64,000 bases of DNA from an uncultured Clostridia bacterium. Lineage in GTDB: Bacteria; Bacillota; Clostridia; Oscillospirales; Oscillospiraceae. Both the position numbers and the translations under genes were made by a program. Under the pieces are notes generated by a model. The model was not told the origin of the DNA. It saw only the letters and a program-made list of their open reading frames with translations, and searched no databases. The DNA lies in NCBI GenBank assembly GCA_937893605.1, contig CALBGG010000139.1, positions 660 to 64,659 on the forward strand, read 5' to 3'. Shown piece after piece: positions 18,059-28,492 of this stretch; positions within the stretch are counted from its first letter, which is position 1; each line of letters starts with the position of its first letter.

Positions 18059-19786
18059 TTAGTTTGCAGCCTTTGCCTGAGCCTGCTTCTTAAGAGCCTT
18101 TATGCCCTCAACAACGAGGTCGATAGCAAGGATGATAAGAAGAGCGGCAATAACAGCACGGATAACACCCCAGGTAACATCGGTGCCCGCGGAGATGAGG
18201 CCGATCTGGGACTTAATAGTAAATACAAGAGAGGTTATAGTTACAACCAGCATGAAAGCAAACGGGAAGTAGAACATCTTGTTGTCTCTGCCGACCTTGC
18301 CGAGCCACGCAGCGACTGCGAGCAGACCGAGAGCGGCCAGCAGCTGGTTTGCAGCGCCGAACAGAGCCCAGATCTTTGCATAGCCGGTCATGCCGAGCGC
18401 AACACCGAGAACTACGGTAATAGCGGTAGCTACATACGGATTGGTGAGGACCTTGCGTGCGCCGGTCATATCCTTGAGGCTCTCGCCGGGCTTCATCCAG
18501 AATTCCTGGAACATGTAGCGGGCAAGACGGGTAGCGGTATCAAGCGAGGTGAGGCAGAATGCGGAAACCGCCAGGATGAGCAGAGAATAGGTGACGCTCT
18601 GTGCGCCGGAGCCGAAGAGCTCGCCGAGCATTGCGGAAAGGCCGCCTGCGAAAACTGCGGTGGGGACGACGGTGGTGCCGCCGGCATAATCCTTCCAGAT
18701 GTACGCAACAGCGCACAGGGAAATGATAGCGAGTGCGGACTCGATAAGCATGCCGCCGTATGCGATGGGGCGTGCGTCGCGCTCGTTATTGAGCTGCTTT
18801 GCGGTCGTGCCGGAAGCAACGAGAGAATGGAAGCCGGAAATTGCACCGCATGCAATGGTAACGAAAAGTGCCGGGAACAGGAAACCGAGCGAGGTGCCTG
18901 TCGGTGCAACGGTGTCGGTAAAGCCGGTGAATGCGGGCATTGTATCAATGCTGGGATGGCAGCCGATGATGCCGACAACGGCGAGGATCATCATACCATA
19001 GAGCAGGAACGAGCTCAGATAGTCACGCGGCTGCAGCAGGATCCATACAGGCGTTACGGATGCAACGAGGATGTATACGCCGCAGATAAGCATCCATGTC
19101 TCATAATTGAGGTAGATAGGATGCCAGTTCAGACCAACATACATGGCAACTGCGATAAGAACAATGCCGATGGCGGTTGCAACGCCGAGAGGAGCGTTTC
19201 TTCTGTAAACGAAGAAGCCGAACAGAATAGCCAGAACGATGAAGAAGATGGAGATCATCGCAGTGCTGGCATTTGCCGCGCTGGCCGCATAGTCAACAGC
19301 GCCGCTTTCAAGGTAGGTCGCCTTGAAGGTGTTTGCAACGATCGAGCCGAATGCGGCAACGACGAGCAGAAGGGTCAGGTAAGCGAAGATAATGAACAGG
19401 CGCTTTGCCTTCAGGCCGATACTGTCCTGAATAACGGTGCCTATCGATTTGCCCTTGTTGCGGACAGAGGCGAACAGTGCGCCGTAGTCATGCACACCGC
19501 CGAAAAAGATACCGCCGATGAGCACCCAGAGAGTTACGGGCACCCAGCCGAAAACTGCGGCCTGAATAGGTCCGTTTATCGGGCCGGCGCCGGCGATGGA
19601 TGAGAAGTGGTGTCCCATAAGAACAGGCGCCTTCGCGGGAACGTAGTCCACGCCGTCTTCCATGGTGTGAGAGGGGGTTGCCTTGTTCGGGTCGACTCCC
19701 CATTTTTTGGACAGCCATCTGCCATAGAAGATATAACCTATAAGCAGGATAGCAAGGCTGATGACAAGTAATACAGCAGCATTCAT
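18059..19786 (-). CDS. cstA: carbon starvation protein A (peptide/pyruvate transporter family)
   Basis: 575-aa polytopic protein with the CstA-type N-terminus LLIGYIFYGRWLSKKWGVDP and HHFSSIAGAGPINGPI. Confidence 0.9.
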   Translation of the reverse strand: MNAAVLLVISLAILLIGYIFYGRWLSKKWGVDPNKATPSHTMEDGVDYVPAKAPVLMGHHFSSIAGAGPINGPIQAAVFGWVPVTLWVLIGGIFFGGVHDYGALFASVRNKGKSIGTVIQDSIGLKAKRLFIIFAYLTLLLVVAAFGSIVANTFKATYLESGAVDYAASAANASTAMISIFFIVLAILFGFFVYRRNAPLGVATAIGIVLIAVAMYVGLNWHPIYLNYETWMLICGVYILVASVTPVWILLQPRDYLSSFLLYGMMILAVVGIIGCHPSIDTMPAFTGFTDTVAPTGTSLGFLFPALFVTIACGAISGFHSLVASGTTAKQLNNERDARPIAYGGMLIESALAIISLCAVAYIWKDYAGGTTVVPTAVFAGGLSAMLGELFGSGAQSVTYSLLILAVSAFCLTSLDTATRLARYMFQEFWMKPGESLKDMTGARKVLTNPYVATAITVVLGVALGMTGYAKIWALFGAANQLLAALGLLAVAAWLGKVGRDNKMFYFPFAFMLVVTITSLVFTIKSQIGLISAGTDVTWGVIRAVIAALLIILAIDLVVEGIKALKKQAQAKAAN

Positions 19787-19811
19787 AATTTTGGTTCTCT
19801 CCCTTCAAGAA

Positions 19812-20318
19812 TTATGTTTTTTTCAGCAGCGTTTTTTTCAAAAGCTGTGCTGTACTTCTTCCACTGCCGTTTGCGGCAGTCTTTCCCGTCTGGAGCTCAA
19901 TGACGCCGGTATGAAAATCCATCCAGCCGTAATAAGACAGGCGGAAGCTCTTATATATTCTTGTCCTTTTTAGCGCACGCAAGGCATCTGGATCACAGGT
20001 GTCGCATATAAACAGCGCCGTTATGTATGAGCACATATGTCCGGGCTTTGGCTCAATGCGGCTCATACCGTCCTTGTGGGCATAATCGCGGCACTGCACG
20101 AATATCTCCTTCGTCAGGTGAGGTACATTGAAGATATAGACATACTCGTTGCTGTCGGCCTCCCAAAGCTTCGCTGCCTTGACGAGAACGTATTTCTCCG
20201 AGTGAACGTACAAAAACGCCGTCGCCGCCAAAAGCTCATCGTTTTCCTCAAAACGCTCAACGTCAAAGTAAACGGAATAGCTTTCGCAAAGCTTGTCGAT
20301 AGCTTCGATTCTTGTCAT
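19812..20318 (-). CDS. hypothetical protein
   Basis: 168-aa ORF lying 25 nt upstream of cstA on the same strand. I recognise no motif. Confidence 0.6.
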   Translation of the reverse strand: MTRIEAIDKLCESYSVYFDVERFEENDELLAATAFLYVHSEKYVLVKAAKLWEADSNEYVYIFNVPHLTKEIFVQCRDYAHKDGMSRIEPKPGHMCSYITALFICDTCDPDALRALKRTRIYKSFRLSYYGWMDFHTGVIELQTGKTAANGSGRSTAQLLKKTLLKKT

Positions 20319-20591
20319 TTTCTCACCCTTCCGAAAATCATGTTAATAAAGAATAAAAATTGTTAAATTAATATCCAAACGTACTAACAGTATATACCTA
20401 CGCTCTGTAGAAATCAAGTGCTTTTTCGGCATTTTTAGCATTAAAAATTGTCATGTTACACAAAAGACATTGAAGAGAATGTGAATCTAACGATTTATAC
20501 ATATATAATAAGCAAATGCTTCTTTACAAGCGCAAAACAATGAAGTATCATGAAACACGACGAAATTTTGAAAATTCACGGAGAAACCTAC

Positions 20592-21707
20592 ATGGATAGT
20601 TTTAAGCTTTGCGTGCCCTGTCTGCTCGGCCTCGAGGGACCTATATCGGACGAATTGCGCCGCATGAAGATGCATGACGTTCAGAACGAAAACGGAAGAG
20701 TCTACTTCACGGGCGGCGCGAAGGAGATAGCAAAGGCGAACATAAATCTTCGTATCGGCGAAAGGGTTCTGCTCGAGCTCGGCCGGTTCAAAGCCGAAAC
20801 CTTTGACGAGCTTTTCGAGCGCACGAAGGCGCTGCCGTGGGAAATGCTCATCCCTAAGGATGCCGCCTTCCCTGTCAAGGGATACAGCCTCAACTCAAAG
20901 CTCTTTTCGGTATCCGACTGCCAGAAGATCATCAAGAAGGCGATAGTTGAACGGCTTAAGAGCGTTTACGGAATCGAGTGGTTTCCCGAGACGGCAGAGA
21001 CGTATCAGATACAGTTTTCTATAATGAAGGACATCGCGTCGCTCTGCATCGACACCTCCGGTCAGGGGCTGCATAAGCGCGGCTACCGCCCGGCGCATAA
21101 CGCAGCGCCCCTGAAGGAGACGATGGCCGCGGCCATGGTCGGTCTTTCGCGCTATCGCGGCAGGGAGGATTTCTGCGACCCGTTCTGCGGCAGCGGAACC
21201 ATACCCATCGAGGCGGCTCTCATCGCGAAAAACCGTGCCCCCGGTCTGCATCGAGAGTTTAGTGCCATGCAGTGGCGCAGCCTCGACCGCTCAGTTTGGA
21301 GGCTCGAGCGCGAGGAGGCGGCGGCGCACGAGTTTAACGGCAGCTACAATATAATAGGCTCTGACATCGATCCCGCGGCCCTGGAGATAGCGCGAGAGAA
21401 CGCCGAGCGCGCCGGAGTTTCGGATATCGTTCGCTTTGAAAGAGCCGACGCCACCAAGTTTGACCGAGTCACCGAAAACGGCATAATCGTCACCAACCCG
21501 CCCTACGGCGAGCGCATCATGGAAAAACAGGAGGCCGAGCAGCTTTACCGGCGCTTCGGCGAGGCCTGGCGCAGGACGGAAAACTGGAAGCTGTACATTC
21601 TTTCTTCGCACACGGAATTCGAACGCACCTTCGGAAAAAATGCCGACAAAAAACGTAAGCTTTATAACGGAATGATCAAATGCGATCTGTTCATGTATCT
21701 CAAATGA
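20592..21707 (+). CDS. THUMP-domain class I SAM-dependent RNA methyltransferase (UPF0020/RlmL-like)
   Basis: DPFCGSGTIPIEA (SAM motif I) and VTNPPYGER (motif IV). The ATG at 20592 follows GGAGA. Confidence 0.85.
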   Translation: MDSFKLCVPCLLGLEGPISDELRRMKMHDVQNENGRVYFTGGAKEIAKANINLRIGERVLLELGRFKAETFDELFERTKALPWEMLIPKDAAFPVKGYSLNSKLFSVSDCQKIIKKAIVERLKSVYGIEWFPETAETYQIQFSIMKDIASLCIDTSGQGLHKRGYRPAHNAAPLKETMAAAMVGLSRYRGREDFCDPFCGSGTIPIEAALIAKNRAPGLHREFSAMQWRSLDRSVWRLEREEAAAHEFNGSYNIIGSDIDPAALEIARENAERAGVSDIVRFERADATKFDRVTENGIIVTNPPYGERIMEKQEAEQLYRRFGEAWRRTENWKLYILSSHTEFERTFGKNADKKRKLYNGMIKCDLFMYLK

Positions 21708-21797
21708 AATTCGCAAATAAAAATATATAAAATTTTTTGCGATTTTTCGCTTTTGGGGCTTGAAATTTAAAAAATATGTGCTATTATAATAACCGAG

Positions 21798-21824
21798 TTA
21801 GCACTCAGGTCAAAAGAGTGCTAA
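21798..21824 (+). promoter_or_regulatory. CIRCE operator (HrcA binding site)
   Basis: Perfect TTAGCACTC-N9-GAGTGCTAA, 48 nt upstream of groES. Confidence 0.92.
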
Positions 21825-21871
21825 CTCGGTCGAAATTTTATAATTTGTATATTGTTCAATTGGAGGTATAT

Positions 21872-22159
21872 ATGATGAAACTAAAACCTTTGGCAGACAG
21901 AGTAGTGCTTATGCAGTCCAAAGCCGAGGAAAAGACCCAGAGCGGCATCTTCCTTGCGGCTTCTGCACAGGAAAAGCCCGAGATATATGAAGTCGTCGAG
22001 GTAGGCCCCGGCGGTATAGTCGACGGCAATGAGGTCAAGATGGAAGTCAAGGTCGGCGAAAAGGTTCTCGTCGGCAAGTACAGCGGCAGCAAGATAAAGC
22101 TCGACGAGCAGGAATACACCATAGTACGTCAGAGCGACATTCTCGCTATCGTAGAATAA
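21872..22159 (+). CDS. groES: co-chaperonin GroES
   Basis: MKLKPLADRVVL...GKYSG...YTIVRQSDILAIVE. RBS is GGAGG. Confidence 0.95.
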   Translation: MMKLKPLADRVVLMQSKAEEKTQSGIFLAASAQEKPEIYEVVEVGPGGIVDGNEVKMEVKVGEKVLVGKYSGSKIKLDEQEYTIVRQSDILAIVE

Positions 22160-23800
<1,641 letters not shown>

Positions 23801-23835
23801 GAGATATCCCCCCAGATTTAATTGCTGAGTTACAG

Positions 23836-23872
23836 AAAAATCTCCGTATCGGAAACGATACGGAGATTTTTT
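23836..23872. terminator. bidirectional terminator between groEL and the LysR gene
   Basis: AAAAATCTCCGTATCG-GAAA-CGATACGGAGATTTTTT. Confidence 0.8.
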
Positions 23873-23875
23873 ATG

Positions 23876-24760
23876 TTATTTCAGATTGAAATGTTCCAGG
23901 ACTATTTGAATAAATTTTTCCGTTGCCGGCGATTGACGGCGGCCCTTTTTGACCGCTATCGCAACGTCGCGGTACTGCGGCGGATCGAGCTCCTTCAGGC
24001 GGATATCAAAGGGCATGCGCCCTGTGACAAGCTCCGAGAGCAGCGACACGCCGAGGCCGCTTTCGACCATTGCCATGATCGAATAGTCATCGTTAACGTC
24101 GCAGTATGCGGTAACCGGGGTGTCAAGCAGTGCGTTAAGCTGGTCAAAGACCTTTGAGACCTCATTGTTTGCCTCATCGGTGAGCTTTATTATGCGCTCC
24201 TCGCTGAAGCGCTGCAAGGGGTAGCACGGCGCATCGGCCAAAGGATGATCCGGCGGAAGCACGGCGAGCATTCTGTCGCGCATGAGCACCGTAACTTCAA
24301 GCTCGGGCGAATACGGGGCGCTTATGAAGCCGCAGTCGATCTCGCCCGCGCACAGAGCCTCCTCCGTCTCGCTGTACTCCATGTTCTGAAGCTGGAATAC
24401 GATGTGCGGATATCGCTTCTCGAAATTTTTCAGTATTGATGGCAAGCACTGCGTCGAAAAGCTTGAGCACGAGCCGATGCGTATAAATCCTGTCTCCAGA
24501 CCCTTGAGCGAATTTGCCTGCTCCTGCAGAGCCTCATAGTGACTGCAAAGATCCTTTATATAAGGAAGCATCATCAGCCCGTCCGACGACAAGGCCAGTC
24601 CGCCGCGGCTGCGGCGCAGCAGATTGAGGTTCCACTCGTCCTCAAGATCGGCGACCATACGGCTGACTGCCGACTGCGTATAGCCCATGGCTTCTGCAGC
24701 CTTTGTGATGCTGCCCATCTCCGCGACCTTGACGAATGCCTGATATTTATGAATGGCCAT
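23876..24760 (-). CDS. LysR-family transcriptional regulator
   Basis: N-terminal HTH (FVKVAEMGSITKAAEAMGYTQSAVSRMV) plus a LysR substrate-binding domain. Confidence 0.9.
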   Translation of the reverse strand: MAIHKYQAFVKVAEMGSITKAAEAMGYTQSAVSRMVADLEDEWNLNLLRRSRGGLALSSDGLMMLPYIKDLCSHYEALQEQANSLKGLETGFIRIGSCSSFSTQCLPSILKNFEKRYPHIVFQLQNMEYSETEEALCAGEIDCGFISAPYSPELEVTVLMRDRMLAVLPPDHPLADAPCYPLQRFSEERIIKLTDEANNEVSKVFDQLNALLDTPVTAYCDVNDDYSIMAMVESGLGVSLLSELVTGRMPFDIRLKELDPPQYRDVAIAVKKGRRQSPATEKFIQIVLEHFNLK

Positions 24761-24819
24761 GCTCTGACCTCCGATTCCAAAAATGAATGGTTTGTATAAA
24801 TTAAATTCTAATATATCAT

Positions 24820-24848
24820 ATTATATGTCACAAGCAGACCTAATGCAA
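24820..24848 (-). promoter_or_regulatory. candidate sigma-70 promoter of the LysR gene
   Basis: On the minus strand: TTGCAT, 17 nt, TATAAT, about 55 nt upstream of the ATG. Confidence 0.4.
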
Positions 24849-25040
24849 CATCAAATTACATTCAAAAAAATCATATAAAGCATGACAAATATTCGCTTGC
24901 GTAATGGCGAAAAACATAATATACTTTGATCGTAAAATAACGATGCTTGAAAAAAGGTTAACGCCTTTTAGACATATTTCATCCATTCTTTCTCTCTCGT
25001 TATCGGGTCTCTCCACCCCGATAACACCAACAATCTCCCG

Positions 25041-25072
25041 AAAACCGAGTGTCTTAACCGGCACTCGGTTTT
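25041..25072. terminator. bidirectional terminator-like hairpin
   Basis: AAAACCGAGTG-loop-CACTCGGTTTT. Confidence 0.5.
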
Positions 25073-25101
25073 CGTCGTTTTATAGCTCCCCCGCAAGCTC
25101 A

Positions 25102-25164
25102 TTAAGACGTATGCCTCAGCGCTTCGGCAAGGTTGAGCTCATCCTCTGCTATCAAAAGCTTCAT
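25102..25164 (-). pseudogene. 20-codon remnant of a response-regulator receiver domain
   Basis: GAGGTG RBS, then MKLLIAEDELNLAEALRHTS followed by a stop. This is the canonical first beta-strand, acidic pair and start of helix 1 of a receiver domain, cut off after 20 residues. Confidence 0.35.
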
Positions 25165-25213
25165 ATATCACCTCGGAGCAGATTATAAATAGTGTTTCCG
25201 AAAAATCAGGCCG

Positions 25214-25876
25214 TCACAGCGATTCCTGCTGGACCTCACGGCCGCAGACGATGTTGAGGTTTCCGTTGCGGCAGCGCAGCTCGTCGAGAAACTCTTTAGG
25301 CACGCTCTCGCCCTTTAGAACGATGCTGTATTGCAGATCGTAGAGCGTTCCCATATTTGAAGTTTTGACCTTTATTAGCTCGGCCGATTTTGCGTACTTG
25401 GCGAAAACATCGTCGAACAGTCCCTCATAGTCGAGGTTTTCTGGAATGGTTATCTTGAGGCTGCGCTCTGCGGCGGGCGCTTTGCCGAAGCCTGTCACCG
25501 TAAGCAGTAGGATGACCGCGGAGATGATGACAAATGATATGACTGCAAGTCCGACAAAGCCCATGCCTGTTGCAAGTCCGATGGCCATCGCCATGAACAG
25601 AACGCCGATCTCGCGAGCCGTGCCGGGAACCGAACGGAATCGCACGAGACTGAACGCTCCGGCAACGGCGACGCCCGCACCGACATTGCCGTTAACGAGC
25701 ATGATAACAAGCTGCACGACCACCGGCAGTATCGCCAGCGCAACGGCGAAGCTCTGCGTCGAGCGCGAGCGGTACATCCCTACGAATGCGATGCCTATGC
25801 CGAGGATAAGCGAGGTAAGAGTACATATTAAAAACGCCGTCAATGTGAGTCCGGAAGAGATTATTGATTCAAGCAC
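25214..25876 (-). CDS. DUF4956-family membrane protein
   Basis: Four or five TM helices followed by a soluble tail (ITIPENLDYEGLFDDVF...YDLQYSIVLK). It overlaps the upstream VTC gene by 16 nt. Confidence 0.8.
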   Translation of the reverse strand: MLESIISSGLTLTAFLICTLTSLILGIGIAFVGMYRSRSTQSFAVALAILPVVVQLVIMLVNGNVGAGVAVAGAFSLVRFRSVPGTAREIGVLFMAMAIGLATGMGFVGLAVISFVIISAVILLLTVTGFGKAPAAERSLKITIPENLDYEGLFDDVFAKYAKSAELIKVKTSNMGTLYDLQYSIVLKGESVPKEFLDELRCRNGNLNIVCGREVQQESL

Positions 25877-26592
25877 AGCTCAGTCCCTCCTTTTTCCGGT
25901 TTCAGAATGTTGTTTGTGTAGCAAAAGCCGATCTTTGAAAACGAGGTCGGAAAAGCCACGGCTTCGGACAGAAGCCCGCTCAGCCACATAGGGCATGCTC
26001 CGGGAAGCTTTATCTCCATGAGAACCTCGTCGCACGGCAGCACCGGCGCTCCGTGATCACCCAGGCGCAGATCGAGCTCCGTTGTGCGGCAGCGAATATC
26101 GGTGTCGAAGGTAATGCGCAGCTCCGGCTGCTCGATACCGGCAAAGGCCAGGCGGTCATAGCCTATAAAAATCTTCGGCACAGCCGAGTAAAATGAACGG
26201 AACCACTCGATCTCGCGGCCTATCTGGCCGAAGCTCGCACCGGGTATTTCACCGTCCAGGAAGTCCTTCGCTGTCCCCGGTGCGGCAGTGATCCTGCGCT
26301 TGTAGACAACACCGTCGTACTTCTTTTTAAGCTCGACGAACACCCTGCCGTCATCGTCCGGCACGCCGTAGCTGCGGACGCGGAGCTTTTCCTTATACAC
26401 CGGCTTTTCTATCGACGTGCGCACAAGCTGCCAATCGTCGGTGTCATAATATATATTGCAGATCGTATACCTGCCGAACTTATCGGCCTGCATATGATCA
26501 CGCATGCTGTTTAATATAAAACGCTGTTGAGCTTTCGTCAGGCGGTACTTCTTTTCGTAGCGCTCAAAGCAGCGTTGAATGCCTTCTGCCAT
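25861..26592 (-). CDS. VTC-domain (CYTH-like, polyphosphate-polymerase-domain) protein
   Basis: FERYEKKYRL, ICNIYYDTDDW and KLRVRSYG are landmarks of bacterial VTC-domain proteins. Confidence 0.8.
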   Translation of the reverse strand: MAEGIQRCFERYEKKYRLTKAQQRFILNSMRDHMQADKFGRYTICNIYYDTDDWQLVRTSIEKPVYKEKLRVRSYGVPDDDGRVFVELKKKYDGVVYKRRITAAPGTAKDFLDGEIPGASFGQIGREIEWFRSFYSAVPKIFIGYDRLAFAGIEQPELRITFDTDIRCRTTELDLRLGDHGAPVLPCDEVLMEIKLPGACPMWLSGLLSEAVAFPTSFSKIGFCYTNNILKPEKGGTELCLNQ

Positions 26593-26730
26593 GGTGCTTG
26601 CCTCCTTTACGATGCCATGATACGCCCGTTGCTTAAAATTTACCTAAAAAGAAAAAAAGAATTTTTCTTTAGCTTGGTTTTAAGTTCACGCGTTACAATT
26701 GGTTCATTCGAAATAAAGGAGGACGAAAAA

Positions 26731-28173
26731 ATGAAAAAGCTCGCATCGCTTCTGCTGGCCGCAGCGATGATACTTTCGCTGGCGGCGTGCTCAAAGCAGG
26801 GCGACGATACAAAAACTCAGGCCGGAACGGGCAGCTACTCGTCCGACGCGGCCTTCGCTTTCACTGACAGCGCGATAACCGCCGCCGGAGAAGGCTCGGG
26901 GTACGAGATCGACGGCACGCACCTTACAATAGAAGCCTCCGGAGTCTATCTTCTCTCCGGCGAATGCTCCGACGGCTCTGTCGAGGTCAAAAAGGGTACG
27001 ACCGGAGTAACGCTTATCCTTGACGGGCTGGAGCTTGAAAGCTCGGACACCGCGCCGATAGCCTGCAACAAATCCACCGAGGTCACTATTCTCGCCGCCG
27101 AGGGCTCCGTGAACGCTCTGAACGACAGCGAAAAGAATAACGACGATGAGTACCCAGACAATGAAAATGCGGAGAACGCTGTGATAAAATGCAAGGACGG
27201 CTCGCAGGTCACCATCTGCGGCACAGGCACGCTGAACATCACCGCAAACGGCAAAAACGGCATAAAATCCGGCGCAACCACCGACGCGGAAGGTGAGGCC
27301 TCCCTCACTATAAAGGAGCTCACGCTGAGTATCTCCGCTCCCGTAAACGACGCGATAAACGCAGAGCAGCTGCTGAATATCGAAAGCGGAACGCTGAACA
27401 TCTCCGCTGCCGATGACGCTGTGCACAGCGATCTTGTTCTGAACATCGGCGCCGACAGGGCCGACGGTCCGACGATAAGCATTGCCGAGTGCTGTGAGGG
27501 GCTTGAAGCGGCCGAGCTCAGCGTCCTCTCGGGCGATATATCCATTCTATCGTCTGACGACTGCATGAACGCGGCAAACTCCGATCTGACCGGCCACGCC
27601 TTCAGCATGAAAATCTCCGGCGGCTCGATCACGGCATATTCGACCGAGGGCGACGGCTTTGACTCAAACGGCGATCTTATCATCTCCGGCGGTACGGTCA
27701 TAGTGTGGACGGCAAAACGCGGCGGCAATCAACCCCTCGACGCCGACGGCACGCTGTCCGTCACCGGCGGCACAGTACTCGCGGCGGGAGCCTCAAGCGG
27801 CATGGGCGTCGGTATAAGCGCCGAGCAGGCGTATGTCACATTCGGTTCATCCGGCGGCATGGGCTCTCTTGTGTCCAAGGGCGATGTCGTAAGCGTCAAG
27901 GACTCAAGCGGCAACGAGCTCTGCAGCGTCGCCGCAAGCTGCGATGCGGCCTACGTCTTCTTCTCCTCGGCAGACCTGAGCGACGGCAGCGGCTACAGCC
28001 TGTATGCCGGTTCGGAAAGCGCGGCCGACGGCACCGCACAGACCGGGACGTCATCCGGCGGCAATACGGGCGGCGGAATGCGGCCCGGCGGAAACATGGG
28101 CGATAAGCAGCCTCCCTCCGGTCAGCCCGGCGGTCAAAAGGCCGGCGCTGAACCGCCTGCAAAGCCGGAATAA
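26731..28173 (+). CDS. Cthe_2159-like beta-helix carbohydrate-binding lipoprotein with a Gly/Pro-rich tail
   Basis: MKKLASLLLAAAMILSLAAC lipobox. Repeated beta-helix rungs (ADDAVHSD, ECCEGLEAAE, SSDDCMNAANSD). RBS is AAGGAGG. Confidence 0.8.
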   Translation: MKKLASLLLAAAMILSLAACSKQGDDTKTQAGTGSYSSDAAFAFTDSAITAAGEGSGYEIDGTHLTIEASGVYLLSGECSDGSVEVKKGTTGVTLILDGLELESSDTAPIACNKSTEVTILAAEGSVNALNDSEKNNDDEYPDNENAENAVIKCKDGSQVTICGTGTLNITANGKNGIKSGATTDAEGEASLTIKELTLSISAPVNDAINAEQLLNIESGTLNISAADDAVHSDLVLNIGADRADGPTISIAECCEGLEAAELSVLSGDISILSSDDCMNAANSDLTGHAFSMKISGGSITAYSTEGDGFDSNGDLIISGGTVIVWTAKRGGNQPLDADGTLSVTGGTVLAAGASSGMGVGISAEQAYVTFGSSGGMGSLVSKGDVVSVKDSSGNELCSVAASCDAAYVFFSSADLSDGSGYSLYAGSESAADGTAQTGTSSGGNTGGGMRPGGNMGDKQPPSGQPGGQKAGAEPPAKPE

Positions 28174-28332
28174 GCAAAAAAGCAGTCCGTGAAAGACCGG
28201 TTGAGCAGGAAAACATACGGTTTTTAAGCGATCTTTTCCGTTCCTGCTGCGTCTGAGGCCTTGAAAATACGTCAGTATGCTCTGCGGCCTCATCCTTGCA
28301 GGAGTAAAAAAACTCAGCTTCAAAGCTGCGAG

Positions 28333-28445
28333 CGCCCGAAAAGGCGGAGCATGTGCGAGGTCAAGGCGCGGCGGCGAAGGCATACTTTGTGTATACCAAG
28401 CCGCCGCAACGATGACATTTGCACGTACTCCGCCTTTTTCGGGCG
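28333..28445. repeat. 113-nt imperfect palindrome (long hairpin)
   Basis: CGCCCGAAAAGGCGGAG pairs with CTCCGCCTTTTTCGGGCG. Inner pairs are GCGGCGGC/GCCGCCGC and GGCATAC/GTATACC. Confidence 0.6.
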
Positions 28446-28492
28446 TGTGTTTTCTTATCTCAACCGGCCTGAGCCGGAAGCTTTTTCATATA

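Noticed and set aside
24840-25188. ORFs 24840..25064 (-) 74 aa and 24904..25188 (+) 94 aa in the LysR/DUF4956 gap.
   Set aside because: They run through terminator hairpins and the AT-rich promoter region, and they have no RBS and no recognisable fold. The 20-codon receiver-domain stump explains this gap better.
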